A stretch of 64,000 bases of DNA from Actinomycetota bacterium (GTDB lineage Bacteria > Actinomycetota > Actinomycetes > Actinomycetales > Microbacteriaceae), in contig JAIUPK010000001.1 of the NCBI GenBank assembly GCA_020160915.1, positions 153,645 to 217,644 on the forward strand, given 5' to 3'. Position 1 is the first letter of the stretch, and every line of letters begins with the position of its first letter. This document shows positions 8,602 through 18,199 of this stretch, in pieces. The position numbers and the translations under genes are program-made. The notes below the pieces were generated by a model. The model did no database searches, was not told the DNA's origin, and saw only the letters and a program-made list of their open reading frames with translations.

Positions 8602-9705
8602 ATGATGGGCAGCTCAGAACGGTCCATCGTGCGCGTTGTGATCGCGCCCGACTCCTTCAAGGGATCGCTGGCCGCGGAGGATGTGGCCGACGCCATCGCG
8701 GCGGGCTGGCTGTCGGAACGCCCGGGCGACGTGCTGACACTTCTGCCCCAGGCCGACGGCGGTGAGGGAACCCTCGACGCGATCGAGGCGTCGGTGCCAG
8801 GTGCGGTAAGACGCAGCGCCGGCGCGGTGACCGGCCCAGACGGTCGGCCGACGCCGGGCGAGTGGCTTGAGCTGCCCGACGGCACGGCGGTCGTCGAGCT
8901 TGCCGGGGCCAGTGGCCTGCCGCTCATGACGGTTCGGGATGCCCCGGCCGCGTCGACGCGCGGCACCGGCGAGGTCATCTGCAACGCCCTGGAGGCGGGT
9001 GCACACTCACTCGTGCTCGCGCTGGGTGGCTCGGCGACGACCGACGGAGGTTCTGGCGCGCTGTCCGCGCTGGGGTTGGGACTGACCGACGACCGCGACC
9101 GCCCGATCGCCGAGGGCGGCGCGGGCCTCGCGACGCTGGCGCGAGTCGATCGCGGCCTTCTCGTGCCGGCTCCGCCCGGCGGGGTGACCCTGCTCACCGA
9201 TGTGACCAATCCCCTGCTCGGTCCCACCGGCGCCGCACACGTCTTCGGCCCGCAGAAGGGCGCGAGCCCCACCCAGTGCGCCGAGCTCGATGCCGCGCTG
9301 GCGCGGTGGGCGGAGCTGCTCGGGGGCGACCCCGACGCTCCGGGGGCGGGAGCCGCAGGCGGGACGGCCTACGGATTCGCCGCGGTGTGGGGTGCGCGAA
9401 TCGTGCCCGGTGCGCCGCGGATCGCCGAGCTCACCGGGTTGACGGCGGCGGCGGCATCCGCGGATCTGATCATCACGGGCGAGGGGCGGTTCGACGACCA
9501 ATCGCTGGGCGGCAAGGTCGTGGGCCACGCGCTCGGCCTGGGCCGACCCGTCGCCGTCATCGCGGGGTCGCTCGCAGCTGCCGCGCCGGGCTGGTCGATG
9601 TCCCTCACCGACCTCGCTGGCAGCGCCGAGCAGGCGATGGCGGACCCTCGGCGCTGGCTCCGGGAAGCGGGCACCCTCGCAGCGTGCGAGTTCAGTCGTT
9701 CGTGA
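8602..9705 (+). CDS. glxK: Glycerate kinase (GlxK/GarK family)
   Basis: IAPDSFKGSL, ADGGEGT, LGGSATTDGG, DVTNPLLG, FGPQKGA, TGEGRFD. Confidence 0.93.
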   Translation: MMGSSERSIVRVVIAPDSFKGSLAAEDVADAIAAGWLSERPGDVLTLLPQADGGEGTLDAIEASVPGAVRRSAGAVTGPDGRPTPGEWLELPDGTAVVELAGASGLPLMTVRDAPAASTRGTGEVICNALEAGAHSLVLALGGSATTDGGSGALSALGLGLTDDRDRPIAEGGAGLATLARVDRGLLVPAPPGGVTLLTDVTNPLLGPTGAAHVFGPQKGASPTQCAELDAALARWAELLGGDPDAPGAGAAGGTAYGFAAVWGARIVPGAPRIAELTGLTAAAASADLIITGEGRFDDQSLGGKVVGHALGLGRPVAVIAGSLAAAAPGWSMSLTDLAGSAEQAMADPRRWLREAGTLAACEFSRS

Positions 9706-11128
9706 CGGCGTGCGCCTCGAGGAACTCGTAGAGCTCGCGATCGTCGACCCCGGGGAAGGTCCCCGACGGCAACGGCGACAGGATGTGCGCGTGCAGCCGC
9801 GCACTCGACCAGGCCTTGCCCGCCCAGCGCTCGGTGAGGGTGCCGTCGGGTGTGCGGCAGCATGACTCGTCGGGGCAGGTCGACGAAGTGCGGTTGCTCG
9901 TCTCGCGACCGCGGAACCACTTCGAGTGCGAGAACGGAACGCCGATCGTGATGGAGAACTCCTCGGCCGACGTGGTTCCCGTCTGGGTCGAGTCGAAGAA
10001 GGTGCCCTCCGGGGTGTCGGTGTACTGGTAGAACTCGGTCGTGCGGTTGGTGCGGGCGAACGCCGTGCGCGCGCTCCACTTGCGGCAGACGATCTGGCCC
10101 TCAGTCGATCCGGTCACGTCCACGGGCAGACGCAGGCCGTCGTTCTCGTAGGCCTTGTACACGGCGCCGTCGTCTCCGACGCGCAGGAAGTGCACCTCGA
10201 GATCGAGGTGTGCTGTGGCGAGGTTCGTGAAGCGCAGCGCGGCAGCCTCGTGGGTGACGCCGAAGGCATCCCTGAAGTCCTCGACGGCGATGTTGCGGTC
10301 GGCTTTGGCCGCCGACAGGAACTCGACGGACTGACGCCTCGGCATGAGCACCGCCGCCGCGAAGTAGTTGATCTCCAGTCGTTGGCGCAGGAAGTCGGCA
10401 TAGGTCGCGGGTGTCTCGTGGCCGAGCACACGATGCGCCATCGCCTGCAACGCCATGCCGCGCAGACCGTGGCCTCCCGGGATCGACGCCGGCGGAAGGT
10501 AGATGCGCCCGTTGGCGAGATCGGTGACCGAGCGGGCCGAGTGCGGCAGGTCGTTGACGTGCACGAGCTCGAAGCCGAGGCGCTCGGCCATCATGCTCAC
10601 CGAGCGGTGAGTGAGGGCGCCCGTGGTGTGTCCGACATCGGCCAGCAGCTTCTCGGCGACGTCGTCGATGTCGGGCAGGTAGTTGTCGAGCGTGCGCATA
10701 TGCAGGCGCAGGTCGGTGTTGGCGCGCCTCGCCTCCTCGGGCGTCGCGATCGCCTCGCGCGCGCGCCGGGCGAGCTCGCGGTGGAGGCCCACCAGGGCCT
10801 CGAGGGTCTCATCGGCGGTGCCCTTCGACGGGCGGATCGAGGGAAGTCCGAGCGACGCGTACACACTTGAGCGCTGTGCCCGGTCCAGCTCGATCTCGAG
10901 GGCTGCGCGCTTGCTGGGGGGCGCGTCATCCAGCAGGTCCGCGAGCTGGATGCCCGTGGCCGTGGCGATCGCGCCGAGCAGGCTCAGCCGTGGTTCCCGT
11001 CGGCCGTTCTCCATGAGCGAGAGCTGACTGCCGGCGATGCCGACCTTGTCGCCGAGCTGGTCAAGGGTCATGCCGGCCGAGGTGCGGAAGTGCCGAATGC
11101 GCTGTCCGAGGGTCACAAGATCGTTCAC
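9692..11128 (-). CDS. XRE-family short-chain acyl-CoA regulator (RamB/PrpR/ScfR type)
   Basis: N-terminal XRE HTH (LGQRIRHFR...LSLMENGRREP), central IrrE-like region, C-terminal CRKW and CPDESCC Cys cluster. Confidence 0.85.
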   Translation of the reverse strand: MNDLVTLGQRIRHFRTSAGMTLDQLGDKVGIAGSQLSLMENGRREPRLSLLGAIATATGIQLADLLDDAPPSKRAALEIELDRAQRSSVYASLGLPSIRPSKGTADETLEALVGLHRELARRAREAIATPEEARRANTDLRLHMRTLDNYLPDIDDVAEKLLADVGHTTGALTHRSVSMMAERLGFELVHVNDLPHSARSVTDLANGRIYLPPASIPGGHGLRGMALQAMAHRVLGHETPATYADFLRQRLEINYFAAAVLMPRRQSVEFLSAAKADRNIAVEDFRDAFGVTHEAAALRFTNLATAHLDLEVHFLRVGDDGAVYKAYENDGLRLPVDVTGSTEGQIVCRKWSARTAFARTNRTTEFYQYTDTPEGTFFDSTQTGTTSAEEFSITIGVPFSHSKWFRGRETSNRTSSTCPDESCCRTPDGTLTERWAGKAWSSARLHAHILSPLPSGTFPGVDDRELYEFLEAHAVTND

Positions 11129-11142
11129 GAGACCAGATTAGC

Positions 11143-11162
11143 GAAAGATCGAGTGATCTTTC
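11143..11162. promoter_or_regulatory. Perfect inverted repeat, candidate operator between the regulator and pckG
   Basis: GAAAGATC-GAGT-GATCTTTC. Confidence 0.65.
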
Positions 11163-11241
11163 ACCCACATTTCGGAGATTGAGCCGCATTGCATGGCGCA
11201 CAGTGGAAGAACACCACGTTTTGAGCCGGAAGGAATGCTAG

Positions 11242-13068
11242 ATGAGCATCGCGGAGATCACCCGTACTCAGTCCCCCGTGCCCGATGGTGCGCCGGAGTC
11301 GGTCGTCGCCTGGGTCGACGAGATCGCAGCCCTGACACTGCCCGACGACGTCGTCTGGTGCGACGGTTCCCGCGCCGAGTGGGATGCCTTGGCCCGCGAG
11401 ATGGTCGCAAGCGGAACCCTGATCCGCCTCAACGCCGAGCACCGCCCCTACAGCTTCCTCGCTCGCAGCGATCCCAACGACGTCGCGCGGGTCGAGGACC
11501 GCACCTTCATCTGCTCGGTCGATCCCGTGGATGCCGGCCCCACCAACAACTGGATGGACCCGATCGAGATGCGCGCCACCCTGCAGCCGCTGTTCAGCGG
11601 AAGCATGCGCGGTCGCACGATGTACGTGGTGCCGTTCTCCATGGGCCCGCTGGGATCCCCGCTGTCGCGCCTTGGGGTCGAAGTCACGGATTCGCCCTAC
11701 GTCGCCGCGAGCATGGGGATCATGACCCGCATCGGCACCGAGGTGCTGAGCCAGTTCACTCCCACGACCCAGTGGGTGCGTGCAGTGCACAGCGTGGGAG
11801 CGCCGCTCTCCCCCGGCCAGGACGATGTGCCGTGGCCGTGCAACGAGACGAAGTACATCACCCACTTCCCTGAGAGCCGCGAGATCTGGTCTTTCGGTTC
11901 GGGTTACGGCGGCAACGCGCTGCTCGGCAAGAAGTCTTTCGCGCTGCGCATCGCCTCGGTCATGGCCCGCGACGAGGGATGGCTCGCCGAGCACATGCTC
12001 ATCATCAAGGTCACCAACCCGCGGGGTCGGGTCTTCCACGTGGCCGCGGCGTTCCCGAGCGCCTGCGGGAAGACGAACCTCGCCATGCTGAAGCCGACCA
12101 TTCCCGGCTGGAAGGTCGAGACCATCGGCGACGACATCGCCTGGCTGGGCCGCGGTGAGGATGGACGCCTGCGCGCGATCAACCCCGAGGCCGGCTTCTT
12201 CGGAGTCGCGCCGGGCACCGGCTACTCGACCAACGCCACCGCGATGGACACCATCTGGGGCAACACGATCTTCACGAACGTTGCCCTCCGCGACGATGGC
12301 GACGTCTGGTGGGAGGGCATGAGCGACACGGTTCCCGCCCAGCTCACCGACTGGGAGGGCAACCCGTGGACACCGGCATCGGGTCGTCCTGCAGCCCACC
12401 CGAACTCGCGTTTTACTGTGGCAGCCCGCCAGTGCCCGAGCATCTCGGATGACTGGGAGGACCCACGGGGCGTCGTCATCGACGCGATAATCTTCGGCGG
12501 CCGCCGCGCGACCAACGTGCCGCTAGTGGTGGAGGCACGGGATTGGGAGCATGGTGTCTACCTGGGCGCCACGATCTCGTCCGAGCGCACCGCGGCCGCC
12601 GAAGGCACTCTGGGGGAGCTTCGCCGCGACCCCTTCGCCATGGCCCCGTTCTGCGGGTACAACATGGCCGATCACTGGGCCCACTGGCTCAGCGTGGGTG
12701 CCGAGCTGCGCAAGACCGGATCGGTGCCGCGCATCTTCCAGGTCAACTGGTTCCGCAAGGGTGCCGACGGTCGGTTCCTGTGGCCCGGCTTCGGCGAGAA
12801 CTCGCGGGTCATCGAGTGGATCCTCGAGCGCGTCGACGGCCAGGTCGCCGCAGAGGAGAGCCCGATCGGGCTGCTCCCCCACGCGGGCGAGCTGAACGTC
12901 GATGGCCTGGATATCTCCGACGACGACCTATCCGAGCTGTTCGCCATCGACCGCGAGACCTGGTTGGCCGAGGCGGATGCGACGTCCGAGTTCTTCGAGA
13001 GCTTCGACGGTCGCGTGCCTGCCGCGGTCACCAAGCAGCTCGACATCCTGCGCAGCAAACTCGCCTGA
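11242..13068 (+). CDS. pckG: Phosphoenolpyruvate carboxykinase (GTP)
   Basis: [56 protein letters not shown]. Confidence 0.97.
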   Translation: MSIAEITRTQSPVPDGAPESVVAWVDEIAALTLPDDVVWCDGSRAEWDALAREMVASGTLIRLNAEHRPYSFLARSDPNDVARVEDRTFICSVDPVDAGPTNNWMDPIEMRATLQPLFSGSMRGRTMYVVPFSMGPLGSPLSRLGVEVTDSPYVAASMGIMTRIGTEVLSQFTPTTQWVRAVHSVGAPLSPGQDDVPWPCNETKYITHFPESREIWSFGSGYGGNALLGKKSFALRIASVMARDEGWLAEHMLIIKVTNPRGRVFHVAAAFPSACGKTNLAMLKPTIPGWKVETIGDDIAWLGRGEDGRLRAINPEAGFFGVAPGTGYSTNATAMDTIWGNTIFTNVALRDDGDVWWEGMSDTVPAQLTDWEGNPWTPASGRPAAHPNSRFTVAARQCPSISDDWEDPRGVVIDAIIFGGRRATNVPLVVEARDWEHGVYLGATISSERTAAAEGTLGELRRDPFAMAPFCGYNMADHWAHWLSVGAELRKTGSVPRIFQVNWFRKGADGRFLWPGFGENSRVIEWILERVDGQVAAEESPIGLLPHAGELNVDGLDISDDDLSELFAIDRETWLAEADATSEFFESFDGRVPAAVTKQLDILRSKLA

Positions 13069-13101
13069 CTCACCGTTTCGCGCTCCGGGTCGGGTCTGAC
13101 C

Positions 13102-13126
13102 CAACGTTTCGCGCTTGTTGCGCGTC
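13102..13126 (+). promoter_or_regulatory. Candidate ECF promoter CAAC-N17-CGTC
   Basis: Matches the actinobacterial SigE-type -35/-10 pattern directly upstream of the sigma gene. Confidence 0.5.
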
Positions 13127-13156
13127 TTAGAAGGTGTGAGCTCCACTACTTTTGAG

Positions 13157-13759
13157 ATGGCCCGGACGCAGCGCGCCGCGGCATCCGTCAGCGCGAGGAG
13201 GTCAGGCGTGTCCAGCACAGCCGGCGAGCCGACGCGCTGGGAGGACGTGGTCACACGCCTCGTCGCCGAGCGCGGCGACGCGCTGACACGCTACGCATTC
13301 CTGATCTCCGGCAACCGGGATGACGCGTCCGACCTCGTGCAGGATGCCCTGGTCAAGACCTTCGGCAGGGTGCGCAACGGATTCTCGATCGCGAGCGCCG
13401 AGGCGTACGTGCGCCGGGCCATCCTGAACACGTATCTTGACTCGGGTCGGCGCACCAGCCGGTGGCGCAAGATCGCCCACCTGAACGCCGCTCCCGAACT
13501 GGACGAACCCCGCGACGCGCAGACCGAGTCGCGACTGGACGTGACTCGCGAGTTGATGAAGCTCACGCCGCGCGAGCGCGCCTGCGTCGTACTGCGCTAC
13601 TACGAGGACCTCAAGGTCGACGACATCGCCGAGTGGCTCGGAATCAGTGCCGGCGCGGTGAAGCGCTACCTCAGCGACGCGCTGGCCAAGCTCGCCGTCA
13701 CCCTGACCGAAGACGGCCCTGCCATCCGCGACGGAAAGGGGGCACCCCGTGCCCAGTGA
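13157..13759 (+). CDS. ECF sigma-70 factor, SigE family
   Basis: Region 2 (ASDLVQDALVK...YVRRAILN) and region 4 (LTPRERACVVLRYYEDL...IAEWLGISAGAVKRYL). Start at ATG 13157 is inferred. Confidence 0.9.
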   Translation: MARTQRAAASVSARRSGVSSTAGEPTRWEDVVTRLVAERGDALTRYAFLISGNRDDASDLVQDALVKTFGRVRNGFSIASAEAYVRRAILNTYLDSGRRTSRWRKIAHLNAAPELDEPRDAQTESRLDVTRELMKLTPRERACVVLRYYEDLKVDDIAEWLGISAGAVKRYLSDALAKLAVTLTEDGPAIRDGKGAPRAQ

Positions 13760-14510
13760 ATCCGAACTGCGCGACCTGCTCTCATCGGCCCACGCGCCCC
13801 ATGAGCTGGATGCCCAGCGCATCATCGCGCGCAGCCGTCGGCGTCGGCTACCGCGCCAGCTCGCGGCGGGGGCCGTGAGCGTGCTCGCCGTCGCGGGAAT
13901 CAGCGTCGTCGTCATCCAGACCTCTCTGGTCTCCCAGCCGCCCAGCACGGTCTCGATGATGGACCAGTCCGCCGAGGGCGGCGCCGCACCCGAGGCGAGT
14001 GCCGACTCGATCAAGCGAGCGCCGGCCGACAGGATCAACCTCTGCGAAGCGCCCCTGGCCGACGTGGCGCCGAGCACTCTGGGTCTGCAGCTGGATGTCG
14101 CCTTCCCTGCCACAGCGCCGGTAGGCACCGACCCCGTGGTCGGCGCCGTGCGCCTCACGAACACCAGCGACCTCACAGTGTCCGGCACCACCACCACGGT
14201 GCCCGCCATCACGCTGTCGCGCGACGGCGTCGTGCTCTGGCACAGCAACGGTCAGGCGGAGACCCCGGAACGCGCCGTGACCCTGGCCCCGGGCGAGTCG
14301 ATCGAGTACGAGGCAACCTTCGTGCCGGTGCAGTGCACCGTGGAGGATGACGGCTCCGAGCAGTTCCGGGCCGACCTGCCGCCGGTTCCCGCCGGTGACT
14401 ACGACCTGTCGGCGGCTCTGGACTTCCTGCCCGATGCCGCACCAACCGACGGCTCGACGCCAGGTCTGGACCTGGTGACGGGCCCGCGGTCGACGATCCA
14501 ACTGCAGTAG
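13749..14510 (+). CDS. Single-pass membrane protein, candidate anti-sigma factor
   Basis: Overlaps the sigma gene stop; short cytoplasmic N-terminus, RRRR plus TM, extracellular beta-rich domain with two Cys. Confidence 0.65.
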   Translation: MPSESELRDLLSSAHAPHELDAQRIIARSRRRRLPRQLAAGAVSVLAVAGISVVVIQTSLVSQPPSTVSMMDQSAEGGAAPEASADSIKRAPADRINLCEAPLADVAPSTLGLQLDVAFPATAPVGTDPVVGAVRLTNTSDLTVSGTTTTVPAITLSRDGVVLWHSNGQAETPERAVTLAPGESIEYEATFVPVQCTVEDDGSEQFRADLPPVPAGDYDLSAALDFLPDAAPTDGSTPGLDLVTGPRSTIQLQ

Positions 14511-14524
14511 AGCGGCAAAAGAAA

Positions 14525-14552
14525 ATCGCCGCCACTTCGTTGTGACGGCGAT
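14525..14552 (+). terminator. Probable terminator hairpin
   Basis: ATCGCCG...CGGCGAT followed by CTTCCTTT. Confidence 0.55.
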
Positions 14553-14670
14553 CTTCCTTTAGTGAGTGAGAACCTAGCCGAAGACCGTCCGGGGTACAAA
14601 TCGGGCCTTCGGCACGCGGCAGCACCTCCAATAGAATCCCTTCGTCGGGCAAGCAGAGGAGTCGCAGCTG

Positions 14671-16725
14671 ATGTGGTCACGAATCGGTGTTGGCACCGCG
14701 ATTCTTGCCGGGTTGCTCGCCCTCGGAACCCCTGCCGCCTTCGCCGAGGACCCCGTTGACCTGAGCGGCGCGTACATCGTCGACAAGGTGCGCGCGATCA
14801 CCCCGGACGAGGGCAACGAGATCCTCGGGGCCCTCGACTCCCTGTACACGAGGGCGAGCATCCAGCTCTTCGTCGTCTACGTGGACTCGTTCTCCAACCC
14901 CAGCGACCCCGTCGACTGGGCCGACACCGTGGCGATCGACAACGGCCTGGGCGGCAATGATGTGCTGCTCGCGGTCGCGGTCGACGACCGCCAGTACGCT
15001 CTCTCGATCGATGACAGCTTCACGCTCTCCGACACACAGATCACCGTCGTCGAGCAGGCCATTGAGGCCGAGTTGCGCGACGACAACTGGGCGCAGGCCG
15101 CGATCGCGGGGGCACAGTCGCTCGAGGCGGAGGCGACCGGCGTGGTCGGACCCAACCAGCCCTCGGACCCGACGACTCCCACCGATCCGCCGGCGGAGTC
15201 GGGCGGCGGCATCCCGATCGTGCCGATCTTGGGCGGCGTGGCAGTGGTCGGTGCCGGGGTGTTCATCTTCTCGCGCATCCGTCGGCGCGGCAGCGACGGT
15301 CGTGTGGTCTCCGCGCCCGAGGGGATGACCCAGAAGCAGCTCGACCAGCGGGCCGGCAGCCTGCTCGTTCAGCTTGACGACTCCCTCAAGACCAGCGAGC
15401 AGGAGCTCGGCTTCGCCGTCGCCCAATTCGGGGATGACGCGACCAAGGACTTCACAGCGGTGCTGGCCAGCGCCAAGGCGAAGGTCGCCGAGGCGTTCAC
15501 CCTGAAACAGAAGCTAGACGACGCGACACCCGACTCCCCCGCCGACCAGAGGGCGTGGACCACGAAGATCATCGAGCTGTGTGAGGCCGCCGATGCGGAA
15601 CTCGACAGCCAGGCCGACGCCTTCGACGCGCTGCGCGAACTTGAGAAGAACGTGCCGCAGGCGCTCGCAGCCGCTCGCGAGTCCGTCGGCGCGGCGCGAG
15701 CCCGGTCGGCGGAGGCCGCAGACACCGTGAAGGCGCTCTCGAAGATGTACGCGGCATCCGCCGTCGCAGCGGTCTCGACCAACATCGAGCAGGCGGCCAA
15801 ACTGCTCGACTTCGCCGAGGCGGCAGCAGGCAAGGCCGACACCGCGATAGCCGCGAGTGATTCGAGCCAGGCGGCCATTGCGGTGCGCACGGTGCAGGCC
15901 AGCGTGGGCCAGGCCCAGCAGCTGTTCACGGCGATCGACACCCTGAAGTCCACCCTCGGGGATGCGACGACGAAGCTCGAGGCGGCGATCGCCGACACCA
16001 CCCAGGACGTCGCGGCGGCCCGAGCGCTGCCGCAGGACGAGGCATCCGCCGCCCTCGCACCGGCGATCGCCGCCGCGGCTGCGGCACTGAGCGGGGCAAC
16101 CGCCACGAAGGGCGACCCCGTGGCAAGCCTCGCGAAGCTGGAACTGGCCAACTCCGCCCTCGACCAGGTCTTCACCGGAGTGCGCGACGAACAGCAGAAG
16201 ATCTCCTCGGCACGCACGCAGCTGGATGCCGCGATCTCCGCCGCACGCGCCCAGTTGTCGAGCGCCCGGGAGTACATCACCACCCGACGGGGCGGAATCG
16301 GCGAGAGCGCCCGCACCCGGGTGAGCGAGGCGGAGCGTCATCTCGGCCAGGCCGAAGCACTGTCCGACTCCGATCCGGTGAAGGCACTCGGTGAGGCGCA
16401 GCGAGCCAACGACCTCGCCTCACAGGCGTTCGAACTCGCCCGCAGCGATGTCTCGGAGTTCACTCGGCAGGACAGCTACGGCGGCATGCCGCGGGGATCC
16501 GACGGCGCCGACCTCGGCGGGCTTCTCGGCGGTGTCATCGGCGGCATGCTCGGCTCGGAAGGCGGCGGCCGCAGTTCGGGCGGTGGTGGCTGGTTCGGTG
16601 GCGGTGGGTCGTCGGGCAGCAGCTACCGGCCGAGCCGCAGTTCGCGCTCCGGTTCGTTCGGCGGAAGTTCACGCAGCGCGCGCTCCAGCAGTGGTGGCGG
16701 GCGTAGCCGCGGCGGTAGGTTCTAA
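14671..16725 (+). CDS. TPM-domain protein with TM, long coiled coil and Gly/Ser/Arg-rich tail
   Basis: Signal peptide, TPM-like IQLFVVYV...VLLAVAVDDR, TM helix, Ala-rich helical region, GGGGW...RGGRF tail. Confidence 0.85.
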   Translation: MWSRIGVGTAILAGLLALGTPAAFAEDPVDLSGAYIVDKVRAITPDEGNEILGALDSLYTRASIQLFVVYVDSFSNPSDPVDWADTVAIDNGLGGNDVLLAVAVDDRQYALSIDDSFTLSDTQITVVEQAIEAELRDDNWAQAAIAGAQSLEAEATGVVGPNQPSDPTTPTDPPAESGGGIPIVPILGGVAVVGAGVFIFSRIRRRGSDGRVVSAPEGMTQKQLDQRAGSLLVQLDDSLKTSEQELGFAVAQFGDDATKDFTAVLASAKAKVAEAFTLKQKLDDATPDSPADQRAWTTKIIELCEAADAELDSQADAFDALRELEKNVPQALAAARESVGAARARSAEAADTVKALSKMYAASAVAAVSTNIEQAAKLLDFAEAAAGKADTAIAASDSSQAAIAVRTVQASVGQAQQLFTAIDTLKSTLGDATTKLEAAIADTTQDVAAARALPQDEASAALAPAIAAAAAALSGATATKGDPVASLAKLELANSALDQVFTGVRDEQQKISSARTQLDAAISAARAQLSSAREYITTRRGGIGESARTRVSEAERHLGQAEALSDSDPVKALGEAQRANDLASQAFELARSDVSEFTRQDSYGGMPRGSDGADLGGLLGGVIGGMLGSEGGGRSSGGGGWFGGGGSSGSSYRPSRSSRSGSFGGSSRSARSSSGGGRSRGGRF

Positions 16726-16768
16726 CACAGACCTCGAAGAAGGTTCTCCACACGAAAGGCACGCTGAC

Positions 16769-17503
16769 ATGGCTAAGCAATCAATCCTCGGGCGCATCTC
16801 CCAGCTTCTGAAGGCCAACATCAACGCCCTCATCGATCAGGCGGAGGACCCGCAGCTGTTGCTCGACCAGCTGGTGCGCGACTACACGAACTCGATCGCA
16901 GAGGCGGAGAGCGCCGTGGCACAGACCATCGGCAACCTGCGCCTGATGGAGCAGGACCACGCCGAGGACATCGACGCGGCCGCCGACTGGGGTCGCAAGG
17001 CACTCGCCGCGAGCTCCAAGGCCGACGAGCTGCGTGCCGGCGGCAACTCGACCGACGCCGACAAGTTCGACAACCTGGCCAAGATCGCCCTCGGCAAGCA
17101 GGTCTCCTCGGAGAACGAAGCGAAGGCCGTCGAGCCCACCATCGCGTCGCAGACCACTGTCGTCGAGCAGCTCAAGAGCGGCCTCGACGGCATGCGCGCG
17201 AAGCTGAGCGAACTCACCGCCAAGCGCGACGAGCTGGTCGCTCGGGCCAAGTCGGCGGCAGCCCAGTCCCAGGTCATCGACGCCGTGAAGTCGATCGATC
17301 TGCTCGACCCGACCAGCGAGATCTCGCGCTTCGAGGACAAGATCCGGCGCGAGGAGGCGAAGGTGCTCGGCCAGCAGGAGATCGCGGCATCCACCCTCGA
17401 CGCTCAGTTCGAGAGCCTCGATGACCTCGACAAGCAGGCCGAGGTGGATGCCCGTCTGGCCGCCCTCAAGGCCGGTAGCGCACCGAAGGCTGTCACCTCC
17501 TAG
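16769..17503 (+). CDS. PspA/IM30 family protein
   Basis: MAKQSILGRISQLLKANINALIDQAEDPQLLLDQLVRDY...; C-terminal EVDARLAALK. Confidence 0.92.
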   Translation: MAKQSILGRISQLLKANINALIDQAEDPQLLLDQLVRDYTNSIAEAESAVAQTIGNLRLMEQDHAEDIDAAADWGRKALAASSKADELRAGGNSTDADKFDNLAKIALGKQVSSENEAKAVEPTIASQTTVVEQLKSGLDGMRAKLSELTAKRDELVARAKSAAAQSQVIDAVKSIDLLDPTSEISRFEDKIRREEAKVLGQQEIAASTLDAQFESLDDLDKQAEVDARLAALKAGSAPKAVTS

Positions 17504-17554
17504 CAACGAGCCGAGTGCGGGAACAAAGCGCGCGGCGTCGCGCTTGACACCAGC

Positions 17555-18190
17555 ATGACAACTCTCGGAATCATCGGCGCCGGAAACATCGGCAGCCACG
17601 TGGCACGCAAGGCGATCGACAACGGCTACGACGTAGTCATCTCCAACTCCCGCGGGCCGGAGACGCTGGCCGCCCTCGTCGCCGAACTCGGCCCGAAGGC
17701 GCGCGCCGCAACGGTGGCGGATACCGCGGCGAGCGGCGATGTCGTCATGGTGACGGTGCCACTGCGCGCGTATGCCTCCGTTCCGGTCGAACCGCTCGCG
17801 GGCAAGATCGTGCTCGACACCAACAACTACTACCCGCAGCGGGATGGCAACATCGCAGCGCTCGACGAGAAGACCGACACCTCCAGCGGACTGCTGCAGA
17901 AGCACCTGCCAACGAGCCGCGTGGTGAAGGCGTTCAACCACATCCAGGCGGCGAGCATAGCGACTGACGGCACGCCCGCCGGCACACCGAACCGTCGCGC
18001 GCTGGCTCTCGCCGGCGACGACCGCGAGGCGCTGGAGTTCGCGCAGAAGCTCTACGACCAGTTCGGATTCGACGCGGTGGTCGTGGGCGGGCTCGCCGAC
18101 AGCTGGCGGGTGGAGACCAACCAGCCCGCGTACGGAGTGCGTCAGAACGCGGACGAACTGCGCGCGAATCTCGCAATCGCCACGCGCTAG
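17555..18190 (+). CDS. NADPH-dependent F420 reductase-like / NADP oxidoreductase
   Basis: IIGAGNIG, SNSRGP, IVLDTNNYY, VVKAFN. Confidence 0.88.
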   Translation: MTTLGIIGAGNIGSHVARKAIDNGYDVVISNSRGPETLAALVAELGPKARAATVADTAASGDVVMVTVPLRAYASVPVEPLAGKIVLDTNNYYPQRDGNIAALDEKTDTSSGLLQKHLPTSRVVKAFNHIQAASIATDGTPAGTPNRRALALAGDDREALEFAQKLYDQFGFDAVVVGGLADSWRVETNQPAYGVRQNADELRANLAIATR

Positions 18191-18199
18191 GGTTTCCCC

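Noticed and set aside
16480-16725. Gly/Ser-rich stretch as a DNA repeat element
   Set aside because: It is the ordinary low-complexity tail of the TPM protein, with no exact tandem unit.
17519-17546. SigH/SigR promoter (GGGAAC) before the NADP oxidoreductase
   Set aside because: The -35 matches but the -10 reads CTT rather than GTT at the expected spacing; too weak to call.
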